Origin: Paraspadella gotoi
Lineage: Eukaryota > Animalia > Chaetognatha
Reading direction: 5' to 3'
Length of the DNA: 64,000 bases
Assembly: GCA_051294375.1 (NCBI GenBank)
Contig: CM119264.1
Span: 31,128,135-31,192,134 of the forward strand
Made by a program: the position numbers and the translations under genes. Shown here piece after piece: positions 14,989 through 28,900 of the stretch (within the stretch, counting starts at the first letter, position 1; the number at the start of each line of letters is the position of its first letter). Under the pieces are notes generated by a model, which had not been told where the DNA came from, made no database searches, and saw nothing but the letters and a program-made list of their open reading frames with translations.

Positions 14989-15451
14989 TGATCCATCTCC
15001 TCCCTCCCAGGCTATTAACCCAGAAGATCGAAAACAATGACCTACATCAAGGACGACGATGAAGACGACGACGATGACGACGACGAGAACGAACGACGAA
15101 CGATGACTAGATGAAGACGACGACGACGATGATGACGACGAGAACGACGACCGACGATGACTACGATGAAGACGACGACGATGATGACAAACGACGACGT
15201 CGACGATGAAGAGGACGACGACAGATGAAGACGAAACCGAGTGACGACGACGAAACTACGATGAAGACGACGACGATGTTGACAACGACGAAGTCGACGA
15301 TGAAGACGACGACGACAATGAGACGAGACGACGACGACGACGATGATGACTACGATGAAGACGACGATGATGCTGACGACGATGAAGATGACGACGATGA
15401 AGATGACGATGATGAAGACGACGACGACGATGATGACGACGACGGACGAAA

Positions 15452-15482
<31 letters not shown>

Positions 15483-18400
15483 TGACTGCGACCCAATAAC
15501 TGAAAACCTTTTGGGACTAAATCTTCAAGAATCGAATATGCAGGATAATGGACCTGATGGTGAAAACAACGACAACAACGACAACATTGATAATAATGAT
15601 AACATCAACAAATACAACTTTACGGCTAATAGGAACTAATTAGAACAATTAAATAGAGAAATGACTCTTTTATACAATTTAAACATTTTTTTGAAATGAT
15701 ATACTACTTCATTAATAAAAAATCTTAAAAGAGTAGTTTTCTCGCCAGTTTTTAGAAGGAAAAAAATAATCAGAGAGATAGAGAGAGATAGAGAGAGAGA
15801 GAGAGAGAAAGAAAGAAAAGCAAAAAAAGAGAGGTTAGGGATATTAGGTCACTCTCGTTTATATCGGTTATCCGTTGCCTCGCAACGGCGGCGTAATCTA
15901 GGTCAAGTTGATATTTTTAATGCACGTAACGTTTTCGCCGTGTGCCATCTAACATCTAAGTCAAGTTGATTTGTCATTTTGTTTACATCCAACGCCTCGC
16001 AGTCTTGAAATTGGGTCATGTTAATTTTTTTTATACACATTTCCGTTGCCATTNNNNNNNNNNATTAGGTCATGTTCCTCAACATTGTTTACTCGCCACG
16101 AAATCCAGGTCAAGAAAAAAAGAGCGCGGAATAAATTGCAATAATAAAAGTTTTTAGAAGGAAAAAAATAATCAGAGAGAGAGAGAGAGAGAGAAGCTGG
16201 AGAGCCGCTGGACCGCCGCTGCAGAGCTGAACTCGTTTTTCGACGAATCTGAATAGGGTCGAACTCCTTTCCTTTCTATAAATAAATATTAATAAAAATT
16301 AAAAAATAAATATTTGGGTATAGAGCCATATAAAAAATATTTTGGACATTGAAAGTATACTTAAAAATGTAAAATTTTTTGTTTGAGCATGTTCTCATTC
16401 TAAATTTTTAACTCATGCCATTGAGAGGGGCTACCCCTATTCAGAAGAAAAAAAAAGAGAGAGATAGAGCGACATAATTAAAAGAGAGAGAGAGAGAGAG
16501 AGAGAGAAGCCTGACAGCCGCTGGACAGCCGCTGGACAGCCGCTGCAGAGGTTTTTACACGAATCAGAAGCAGCAGTGACGGAGAAAAAGAGAGAGAGCG
16601 AGCGACATATAATTAAAAGAGAGAGAGAGAAGCTCAACAGCCACTTTACTCGTCCAAGTACCAAGTACCAAGTACAAGCGCCGGAAGTAGCGCGAGCTCC
16701 TCCTAACCCAAAGGACTCGGGTTCGCGCCTTGCAGATTCAAACAAGAAAAGTGAAAAAAAAAGTGAAATAAAAGGAGAACGGACGGTGAACTGCTCGCGG
16801 CATCGTCTTCTACATTGGTGAGCCCACAATATATAGAAAAAATTTTTGTAAAAAAAAAAAAAAAGAGAGAGAGAGAGAGAAAAAAAAGAGAGACAGAGAG
16901 AGAGAAAGAAGCTGGACAGACGCTGCAGAGCCGGAACTCGTTTTTAGACAAATCAGAAGAAGCAGTGACGGAGAAAGAGAGAGAGAGAGAGCGACATATA
17001 ATTAAAAAAAATAGAGAGAGAGAGCGACATATAATTAAAACGTTTTTGTTATTTAAATAAAACATAAACAAATACGAGTACTGATATGAAATATGACAAT
17101 TTCAAAGATCTTGATAATTAGAAGCCATATCTAAATTTTCAACTTCCTATGATATCACACTTTCAATAGCCATGATGGTAAAAAAGCGTGACGCCGACGA
17201 CGACGACAACGACGACGACGACGTCACAAAGAAGCCTTGGTGTTAAGAAACGAGACTGTGAGAGAGTCTTGATTGAAAGCTTGCAGGGACCTGCTATGTC
17301 ATTATCTTGTAAGAGTGATGGAGGCCTTAAACCACCAAAGCCTGTCCAAAGTCAGGGGCAAGATAGCTTGTTTATTAAATGAATGGATAATTTTTATGCT
17401 TAATTAAAACTTTTGCTTTCAGATTTTAAATCAAAACTAAGCTTGAAATGCACGTCATATTTACCAAGGGTCTCTTTCCCTCTCTCTCTTACCGTCTCTC
17501 TCTCTCTCCCTCCCTCTCTCTCTCTTTCTCTCTCTCTCTCACTCTCTCTCTCTTCTCTCTTTCTCTCTCTCTCCCCCCCCTCTTCCCTCTTTCTCGACCC
17601 CTCTCTCTTTCCATTTTTCGACAGCCGCTAAAAGTAAGCAGCCACCCGCAGAAACGAATTAGGTAAAAGTTGAGAATTTGAATTTTCTTTTATTTTGAGA
17701 CAAAAAATCCTAGAGGAGGAAGAGGATGAGGAGGAAGAGGAAGAGGAAAAATAAAGAGAATAGGAGGAGGAGGAGGAGGAGGGCCAAGGGGTCTAGTTTT
17801 TGGGGCGTATATCCTTCTGTTTTGGGCCGATGACCCAAATTAACGCAAACGTTGGATGTGAAAAAATGGAAACGCAAATGTTTTCAAGGGAGGGAGGGGG
17901 AAGAGGAGGAGGAGGAGGAAGAAGAGAAGGAGGAGGAGGAAGAAGAGGAGGGTAGAGGAGGAGGAGGAGGCAAGACTTTCTCATAAGCGTGGAATCACCG
18001 AGTAAGAAATAGGCGACATTCGTGTTGACTGAATTGGGCCAAAGTTTTTTGACCCACTTCAAATCATGAAGACAACTTTTGACATCACGAGAGCTGAAGT
18101 GATTCAAAACTACATCACTCACTTAACGGCTACATCACTTGAAGACTACATCACTTGAAGACTACATTATTTAACAAACTAATTCGCTCCATCAATTTTT
18201 TCTGGTTTATAATTCACAGCGTCATTGTTTTAGAGCATCACGTTGTTGTTGTTGTTGCTTATATTGTTTTAAGATGATATCAATACTTTAGTCCATCTGA
18301 GTCCATATGAGTCCACGAATGAAGAGAATTAACGAGTCAAAAAAGAAATAAACACTTAATATACATAATAATAGAATGAAACTTGATAAAATGATTGAAC

Positions 18401-21400
18401 AAAATAAAAGATAGGATTGAGTCAAACAATATTCGTGATTTTTACGTCGGACTTCGGAATCCTCGCTCGTGAGACTCAAGAAATGGAGACGAACTCGATT
18501 CACGTTTCACATCCTCTTTTCGCTCACGTGATTTCGTTACAAAGGGCAAAGTATGATTGTCCTTTTTGTCACTAGAGAAGAAAGAATGACAATCGAGATA
18601 CAATACAATTCATTAGAATACAATAGAAGAGAAATAAGAAAAGAAAAATATACTAAGCCAAACTTGTGATCAGATGTCGCATTTTAATTAAAAAAAAAAT
18701 ATTTCTTTTTAGACAAAATTGAATACTTAGGCAATAGGCATTGCTTGCAGTATAAAAGAAGATAGACAGACGCGGGTCTATTACCCCTGTCCTTCTCATT
18801 CACCTCCTCTTCATCCTCCCAGGGATTCGGGGCCGCGTTCACGAGATTCAGTTCACCTTCTCTCTCTTCTCCTACTTGTTTCTCCCTTATTTACCCTCAT
18901 GATTTTGTCGCCCTATAGATTTCACGTCAATATATTATTTTTCTTTATCCTTTTTCTCTTCCTCTTCCTCCTTTTCCTCTTCCTCCCTTTCTTCCTCCTT
19001 CTCTTCCTCTTCCCCTCCCTATTCATCTTCTTTCTCCTTCTCCTCTTCCTTCTCCTCTTCCTTTTTCGATCTTCTAATCTTTTCTTCAGATTCTGAGTTC
19101 AAGAACCGCGGAAAAGAGAAGGGGAGAGATAAGAGTAGAGAAATAGAGATGAAGAGGGGCGGGAAAAGAAAAGTTGAGGATTAGAGAAGAAGAAAAGAAT
19201 AGTTATTAGTTGTGGAAGATTCCTTGGGGGGTTTTTCTCAGTTTCAGATGAGAACATTGTTTGAGCAGTGCTTAATCTCGACTTAATATTAACTCAATCC
19301 ATATGTCAAAAGATAAAAATAGAATAATAACTTTATTAAGTATTCAATTATAGGCAACGGGAGGATAGCCTGTGATACCCGGGGCGCGGGGTATTCTCAC
19401 CACTGGCGTAGGGGCTGCGGACCTCATTGACCGCCTCCTGTCACTGGCATGTTTATACCGGCACCGTCACATTTAAGCCAGAAACCGGGATACCCGGGGA
19501 TTGAACCCGGGACGCACGGATGGAATGAGATGATTAGCCTGCTCAGCATTGAGACGAGGCTGAGGACGGACAGCAGTGAGGCAGCTTTAATATCATAATA
19601 ATAATAATCAATAATCATTGAAAAACGTGCATCAGAATGACAGAGAACCAAAATACAGCAGCAGCAGTAGAGCCGATACGCCAGCAACAGTAGCAGTAGA
19701 ACCGAGATGCAGCAACAGAGCCGAGACGCAGCAACAGCTCAAAGCTACATAAAAGCTTAAAATTAATTACCATATTCAAATAATTTCATAAATATCATTT
19801 AATACCTGATGGTCTCAGAGGAATCTCCCAAAAACTAAGAATTTACTTCTTTTTATATACAAGGACAACATATAACAACCAATGAGAGAATAGTTCACAT
19901 TTGAGAATAAAATCAAAGCATCTACTAGTTATTATTTACCCATGAGAGACCAGAATATCAAATTCAATGTATAAAATTTACCAATTAGAGGCTTTAAACA
20001 GAACTATTGGAGTCATTCAATTAAACCTTAAACTCAGATAATTTGAACCATTAAAAAATAAAAGGCCAGGCTCAATTCAGATAAAAATCATATAAACTCT
20101 TTAACATTAGTTAACTAGAGATAGAAAAAAAGATAAAAATAAGGAGGAAGGACTGTGGAAAGGTTAAACAGAATATAGAAGAAAAAGATGTGAAAAAGCT
20201 TATGTTGTCATATCAGGTTACAGTTGGTTGTTAAGTATTTTCGTAATACTAGTACAATCTTCAATCTCGCAATGGAGTGGAGAATAAAAAAAAATTTCAT
20301 ATATTTCGAAATATGTTTCTATGTCATCTCTATCGTTTATGAACTGTAACCCATTATACGATTGAACGTTTTCATCATTATATGAACTGTGCTAGTGTGC
20401 AAGTGTGCACGAGAATACGTCAAAAGAATTAGTCCGAGCTTGTTCTTGGGTCTCATTGATGACCTTTTTAGGTCACGTGGTAATGACGTTGGACACCGTA
20501 GCAAACGGCGATTGTTTTTACTTTTATTTTCTCGTTTATTGTTATTACAACCATTTATTACTGTTAATGTTAATGTAATCGTCGTCATAGTCTAAAAATT
20601 TTAAAACAACTATAGATTAGAATAGCTTAGATTAAAGATCCTTTAGATTAGAAAATCGTTTGGTGAAAAATGGAGAGTCAAGTGACTGGAGATAAATCAG
20701 ACCAAGAAAGGGTTAATGACATTTGATTCAAAACTTGAAATTTTGTTAGTTTGGAGGACGCAGACAGAGACAGAGTCAAAGAGGGAGACAGACAAAGTGG
20801 GACACGGAGTTAAAGTGGGAGACAGTTACAAAGTGGGAGACAGAGCCAAAGTGGGAGACAGAAACAAAGTGAGAGACAGTCAAAGTGGGAGACAGAGTCA
20901 AAGTGAAAAACCGAATTAAAGTTGGTTTTTAGTCAAAAATTCCTCATTTTTAATTAAATTTTATTTTTGATGATGAAGATGTAAATAAAAAAAAATATTT
21001 AATTTCAATGTAATATCAAAGACGATAGTAAAGACGGTAGACTAATGGCAAAGACAGTAGGTTAAGGCCAATGACACTGGGATAAAAGCAAAGACACTGG
21101 GTTAAGAGCAAAGACACTGGGTTAAGAGCAAAGAACTTCTTTTTGGGGTCAATCGTAACTGGAGTAAAATCAGTTTCTCGACTTTTGAGAAAAATCTGGG
21201 TCGAACTTTAACCTTCTTCGTCGTCAAAAGAAGAGAGGATAACCAAAAAGAAAAATCTGGTTATTTTGTGTAATTTCCTTATCACAGAATTTCAGATCAA
21301 TTACTTTATCTTGTTTTCTAAGACAAGATCTCACACAAAATAAATAATTTTTCTTTTTACAGACGGCATCGACCCTGTAGCTAGCTTTTGATTAGTAAAG

Positions 21401-22884
21401 CGAATCCGCTGTAGAGAAGGAAGTCCTCTTGCCTGGTTTTTCCCTGTACACGCGAGGTTCAATTCGAAATCCTTCTACGATTTCTTTCTTCCATTTTTTC
21501 TTTATTTTCTGTTTCTTTTCTTTAATTATTATTTTTTTTTTTTTTCACCTTTTTTGTTGCCAAGTTATGATTCATTTTTTTTTCGTTGTGTTTTGACATT
21601 TAGTAAAAAGGTTTCTACAATGGTTATTTGTTAAAAATTTTTTTGTTAAAATTTGTTTTTTTTATAATTTATATTTTTAAGAATGGTTTAGGAACATAAA
21701 AAGAGAATTAAAACATGAATCGTTCCGGTCCAATGTGTTTTGCGCCCGAAGTGATTTTTTTTCCACGTGTATTTCCCTGTGAATCACATGACTAAATAAC
21801 ATGAATATGACTACATGACTTTACAATAACTTTCTTAGCCTGTGTATTATGACCACGCACTGCATCGAAAATTCCGTCCTTTTTATTCCTTATAGTTTTA
21901 GGATTCGGGGCGCACTAAAAAGAGGAATAATGTCCTTATGTCGTCTGTTAATATTTTTGGAAAGTCTGTCCGTCACTCCAAATCCTTATATCTTCGCAAG
22001 TCCGTCTCTCTTTCCTTCCATCAGTCTGTCTGTCCCCGTTTTGCCCCAGAAATTTCGCCGCAAATCCCTCGCAATTCTTTGTCGGTTGATTCGCAGTGGA
22101 TTCGCGATTAACGAGGCGTCTCTTTCCTCTCTCTCTCTCTCTCCGAGATCTCTTCTCTCCTCTTCTCTCTCTCTCTGCTCTCTTTCTCTTCTCTCTCCCT
22201 CTCTGTCTCGTTTCTGTCCTCGTTGAAATCGTCACGGCCGACGCAAAGAGAGACGCGACCCCATTCCGGTCAAATGTAGGTCGTCCCGTCGTCGTCCGTC
22301 ATTCCGTCCGCCCGTCGTTCCATTGGGTCAAATCTTATTTCTTCTTAAGTCCTCTGTGACTTTTTGTTGTTCTCACAAAGCGACGCGTTTTTCCTCCATT
22401 TGTGACCACAGAAAAGGGACCACAAACTTGCAAAAATAAATTTATCCAACAACCCACGAGAGGAACCACGACCTGAAACATCCACAACAAGAACAATAAT
22501 AGAACTGAAAAAATAACCATGAAGGAGAATCAAACAAACAGACAAGGAACATCTTCCCCTCTTTTCTTTTTTTCTTTTCTCTTCTTTCCTTGAAAGACAC
22601 GCACGTGGTCGGTCGGTCAGGTCAGTACGGATGTCCTGTCTGTTTTGGTACGTCAAATTAAAGTTATTATAATAAGTTATAATAATAATTTTCATCAATT
22701 AAGCGTACGTTGGTAGAAAGGTTTTATGTTAATGTTGGAATCCCAAAGACACGTAAGACAAGGAATTACATTTGAAAGAAGTCTTCTAACCGAACCCAAG
22801 CACTTTTTCAATTTGTGGAGATAAATTATTTGGGACAAATGTGTCTTTCCCCTTTGAAGATTTAAATTGGGGAGCATGTAGGGA

Positions 22885-22938
<54 letters not shown>

Positions 22939-25900
22939 GAGAGAGAGAGAGGTTATCCCATCTCCTCCCCTCCAGGCTATTAAACACCATCAGAAGAAAT
23001 CGAAAAACAATGACCTACTCAAGGACGGCGATGAAGACGACACGATGGAAGACGAGACCGACGATGAGGAACGACGACGAATGGACGACGACGAGAACGA
23101 CGACGACGAAATGACTAGATGAGACACGACGACGATGATGACGACGGAGAACGACGACGAAACGATGAACTACCCGATGAAGACGATCGTATAACGATGA
23201 TGAACAAACGACGACGTCCGACGATGAAGGACGACCGACGACAATGATGACGAGGTATCGTACGACGACGAACGAATGATGACTACGATGAAGACCGACG
23301 ATGAAATGCTGACGACGAATGAAGATGACTTGACTGATGAAAGAATGAAAAGATGATGAAGAACCGACGACCGACGATGATGACGCGGACGATAGACGAA
23401 CGACGACGACGACCCGACCGACGACGTGGACTGCGACCCAATAACTGAAAAACCTTTTTGGAACTAAAATTCTTCAAGAATTCCGAATATGCAGGATAAT
23501 GGGACCTGGATGGTGAAAACAAACGACAACCAACGACAACATGTGATAATAATGATAACATCAAAACCAAATAACAACCTTTTAACGGCTAATAGGAAAC
23601 TAATTTAGAAACAATTAAAAATAGAGAAAATGACCTCTTTTAATACAATTTTAAACATTTTTTTGAAATGATTTACTACTTCATATAATAAAAAATCTTA
23701 AAGAGTAGTTTTTCCTCGCCAGTTTTTAGAAGGGAAAAAAATAATTCCAGAGAGAATTAGAGAGAGATAGAAGAGAGAGAGAGAGAGAAAAGAAAGAAAA
23801 GCAACAAAAAAGAGAAAGGTTAGGGATATTAGGTCACCTCTCGTTTAATATCGGTTTAATCCTTTTGCCTCGCAAACGGCGGCGTAATCTAGGTCAAGTT
23901 GATATTTTTTAATGCACGTCAAGGTTTTCGCCGTGGCCAATCTAACATCTAATCCAAGTTGATTTGTCATTTTGTTTACATCCAACCGCCTCGCATCCTG
24001 AAAATTGGGTTTCAATGTTAATTTTTTTTATATCACATTTCCGTTGCCATTGAAACACGTTATTAGGGTCATGTTCCTCAAACATCTGTTTTTACTCCCA
24101 CAAATCCAGGTCAAGAAAGAAGCGCGAATAAATTGCAAAATAATAAAAGTTTTAGAAGGAAAAAAAATAATCAGAGAGAGAAGAGAGAGAAGGAGAGAGA
24201 AAGCCCTGAGGAGCCGCTGGGAACCGCCAGTTGCAGACTTGAACCTCGTTTTTCGCGAACTGAAATTAGGGTCGAACCCCTTTTCCCTTTCTATAAATAT
24301 AATTAATAAAAATTAAAAATAAATAGTTGGGTATAGGAACCATTATAAAAATATTTTTGGACATTGAAAGTATACTTAAAAATGTAAAATTTTTTGTTGG
24401 CATGTCTTTTTAACTCATGCCATGAGAGGGCTACCCCTATTCAGAAGAAAAAAAAAAAGAGAAGAGATAGAGCGACATATATTAAAAGAAGAGAGAGAGA
24501 AGAGAGGGAGAAGAAGCCCCTGACAGCCGCTGGACAGACCGCTGGACAGAGCCGCCTTGCAGAGGTTTTTAACACGAATCAGAAAGCACAGTGGACCGGA
24601 GAAAAAGGAGAATAAAGAGAGAGAGGAAGCTCAAACAGCCACTTTACTCGCGTCCAAGTACCAGTAACCAAGTACAAGCGCCGAAGTAAGCGCCGAGCTC
24701 CCCTAACCAAAGGGACCTCGGGTTTTCGCGCCTTGCAGATTTCCAACAAGAAAGTGAAAAAAAAGTGAAATAAAGGAGAAACGGAACGGTTGGAACTTGC
24801 CTCGCGGCATCCGTCCTTCTAACATTGTGAGCCCACAATTATATAGAAAAAATTTTTTGTAAAAAAAAAAAAAAAGAGAGAGAGAGAGAAGAAAAAAAAG
24901 AGAGACAGAGAGAGAGAAAGAAGCTGGACGACGCTGAGAAGACCGGACCATTAGTCGTTTTTAGACAAATCAGAAAAAGCAGTGACGGAGAAAGAGAGAG
25001 AGAGAGAGCGACATATAATTAAAAAAATTAGGAGAGAGAAGAGCGACATATAATTACGTTTGTTATTTAAATAAAACATAAACAATACGGAAGTACTGGA
25101 TATGAAATATGAACAATTTCAAAGATTTTGATAATTAGAAAGCCATATCTAAATTTTAAACTTCCTATTGTATCACACTTCCAAATAGCCATGAATGGTA
25201 AAAAAGCGGTGTAAACGCCCGACGACGACGACAACGACCGACGAACGTACAAAGAAGACCCTGGTGTTTAAAGAAACGAGAACTGTGAAGAAAAGAGTTC
25301 TTTGGATTAAAAGCTTTGCAGGGACCTGCCCGTATTGTCCCATTATCTTGTAAAGAGTGATGGGAGGCCTTAAACACCTCTATAGCCGTCCAAAGTCAGG
25401 GCCAAGATAGCTTGTTTATTAAATTGAAATGGATTAATTTTTATGCCTTAATTAAAACTTTTGCTTTTTCAGATTTTAAATCAAACTATAGCTTGAAATG
25501 CACCCGTCAATATTTTACCAAGGGTCCTCTTTCCCTCTCCCTTCTAACCGTCTCTATCCTCTCTCCTCCCATCTCTCTCCTCTTTCCTCTCTTCCTCTCA
25601 CATCTCTCTCTCTTCTCTCTTTTCTCTCCTCTCTCCCCCCTCTTCCCTCTTTCTCGCCGCCTCTTTTTTATTATTCCGACAGCCGCTAAAAGTAGACCGC
25701 AGATACGGAATTAGGAAATAGTTGAGAAAAATTTGAATTTCTTTTTATTTGAGAACGAAAAAAAATCCCCTAGAGGAGGAAAGAGGATGAGGAGACAGAG
25801 GAAGAGGAGGAGGGAATAGGCAGGTAGGAGGTAAGGTATATGTGAGGGCCAAGGGGGTTCTAGTTGGGGGCTATATCCTCTGTTTTTGGGCCGATGACCC

Positions 25901-28900
25901 AAATAACGCCAAACGTTGGATGGTGAATATATAATGGGAACGCAGATTTCCAGGAGGGAGGGGGAAAGAGGAGGAGGAGGAGGAAGAAGAAGAAGGTAGG
26001 AGGAAGGAAAGAAGAGGAGGGTAGAGGAAGGACGGAGGAGCAAAGACTCCCTCATAAGCTGGAATCATCTCTGAGTAAGATAATAGGCTGACCATTCGTG
26101 TTGAAACACTATTTGGGCCTCCAAAGTTTTTTGACCCCCCAAAACCCCCCTTTCAAATCATGGAAGACAACTTTTTGACATCACGAGAGCTTGAAGTAGA
26201 TTCAAAACTACCATCACTCAATTAACGGCCTAATCACTTTGAAGACTACATATCACTTTAGACCTACATTATTTAACAACTATGTCCATAATTAATTTTT
26301 CTGGTTTTATATTTCAACAGCGTCATTGTTTTAGAAGCATCACGTTGTTGTGTTGTTGCTTAAATATTGTTTTAAGATGATATCCAATACTTTTAGTTCC
26401 ATCTGAGTCCATAATGAAAAAAGTCCACGAATGAGAAGAATTAACGGAGTCCAAAAAAGAAATAAACACTTTTTAATTACATAATAATAAATGAACTTGA
26501 TAAAATGATGAACAATAGATAGGATTGAGTCAAACAATATTTCGTGATTTTTTTACGTCGGACTTCGGAATTCCTCGCTCGTGAGACTCAGAAAATTGGA
26601 GGACGAAACTTCGAATTTCACGTTTCACAATCCTTCTTTTCGCTCACGTGATTTTCGTTACACCAAAGGGAAAAGTATGATTGTCCCCTTTTTTTTGTCA
26701 ATAGAGAAGAAAGAAAGACAATCCGAGAAATACAATACAAATTCATTAGAATACAATAGAAGAGAAATAAGAAAAGGAAAAATATACTAAGGCCAACTTG
26801 TTGATCCAGATTTTGTCCGCATTTTAATTAAAACAAATATTTCTTTTTTAGAACAAAATTGAATACTTAGGCCAATAGGCATTGCCTTGCAGTATAAAAG
26901 AAGAATAGAACAAGACCGCGGGTCCTATTACCCCTGTCCTTCTCATTCACCTCCTCTTCATCCTCCCCATGGGATTCGGGCCCGAGCGTTCACGAGATTC
27001 AGTTCCACCTTCCTCTCTCTTCTCCTACTTGTTTCTCCCCTTATTTACCCCTCAAATGATTTTGTCGCCCTATAGATTTCACGTAATATATTATTTTTTT
27101 TCTTTATCCTTTTTCTCTTCCTCTTCCTCCTTTTCCCTCTTCCTCCTTTCTTCTCCTTCCTTCTCTTCCCCCTCCCCTATTCATCTTCTTCCTCTCCCCT
27201 TCTCCTCTTTCCCTCTCCTCTTTCTTTTTTCGATCTTCTAACTTTTTTCTTCAGATTCCTGAGTTCAAGAACCGCGGGAAAAGAGAAAGGGAAGAGATAA
27301 GAGGTAGAGAATAGAGATGAAGAGGGGCGGGAAAAAGAAAAGTTGAAGGATTAGAAGAAGAAGAAAAGAATAGTTTTTTATTTAAGTTGTGAAGAATTCC
27401 TTGGGGGGTTTTCCTCGTTTCAGCATGGAACATTTGTTTGATCAGTGCTTTAATCTCGGACCCTTAATATTAACCTCAATCCATATGTCAAAGGATAAAA
27501 TAGAATAATAACTTTATTAAAAGTATTCAAATTTATGGCAAACGGGAGGGATAGCCCCTGTGGAATACCCGGGGCGCGGGTAATCTTCACCACTTGAGCG
27601 TTAGGGGCTGCGGACCCTCATTGCCGCCCTCTGTCACTGCATGTTTATACCGGGCAACCGTCCACCATTTAAAGCCAGAACCGGGAATACCCGGGGTAAT
27701 TGAACCCGGGACCACGGATGGAATGAGATGAATTAAGCCCTGCCCTCCAGCCATTGAGACGAGGCTGAGGGACGGACAGCAAGTGAGGACTTTAATATCA
27801 TAAATAAAAATAATCAATTAATCATTGAAAAACGTGCAAATCAGAAATGACAGAGAACCAAAAATACCAAGCAGCAGCAGTAGAGCCGATACGCAGCAAC
27901 AAGTAAGCAAGTAGAACCGAGAATGCAAGCACAGAGCCCCGAACGCAGCACAGCTCAAAGCTACATAAAAGGCTTAAAATTAATTTACCATATTCCAAAT
28001 AATTTCATAAATATCATTTAATACCTGAAATGGTCCTCAGAAGGAATTCTCCCCAAAAACTAAGAATTTAAACTATTTCCTTTTTTATATACAAGGAACA
28101 ACCCCCCCAAATTATAACAACCATGAGAAAAATAGTTTTTCACATTTTGAGAATAAAATCAAAGCATCTACCTAGGTTTATTATTACCCAATGAGAGACG
28201 CAGAATATCAAAATTTCAATGTATTAAAATTTACCAATTAGAGGCTTTAAACCGACCTATTGGAGTTCATTCATAAACCTTAAACTCAAGAATAATTTGA
28301 ACCATTAAAAAATAAAAAGGCCAAGGGTTTCAATTCCAGATAAAAATCCATAATAAACTCTTTTAAATAGTTAACTAGAGAAAAAAAAGAATAAAAAATA
28401 AGTAGGAAAAGGGTCTGTGGGAAAAAAGTTAAACAGAATATAGAAAGAAAGAGTGAAAAAGCTTATGTTTTGTCCATATCAGGTTACAGTTTTGGTTTGT
28501 TTAAGTATTTCCGTAAGCCTAGTACAATCCTTCAATCTCGCAATGAGTGGGAGAATAAAAAATTTTCATATATTCGAAATATGTTTTCTTATTGTCATCT
28601 CTATCCGTTTTATGACTGTAACCCATTATACCGAATTTGAAACGTTTCATCATTATATGAACTGTTGCTAGTGTGCAAGTGTTGTCCACGAGAATACGTT
28701 CAAAAAGAATAGTCCCGAGCTTTGTTCTTGGGTCTCAATTGATGAACCTTTTTTTAGTCAAGTGGTAATGACGTTGACCACCGTAAGAAAAAACGGCGGA
28801 TTGTTTTTTATTAACTTTTTATTTTCCTCCGTTTTATTGTTATTTACAACCATTTATTACTGTTAATGTTAATGTAATCGTTCGTCCATAGTCCCTAAAA

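Noticed and set aside
15225-15639. Poly-Asp/poly-Thr ORFs
   Set aside because: Intronic GAC/GAT microsatellite with no splice or domain support.
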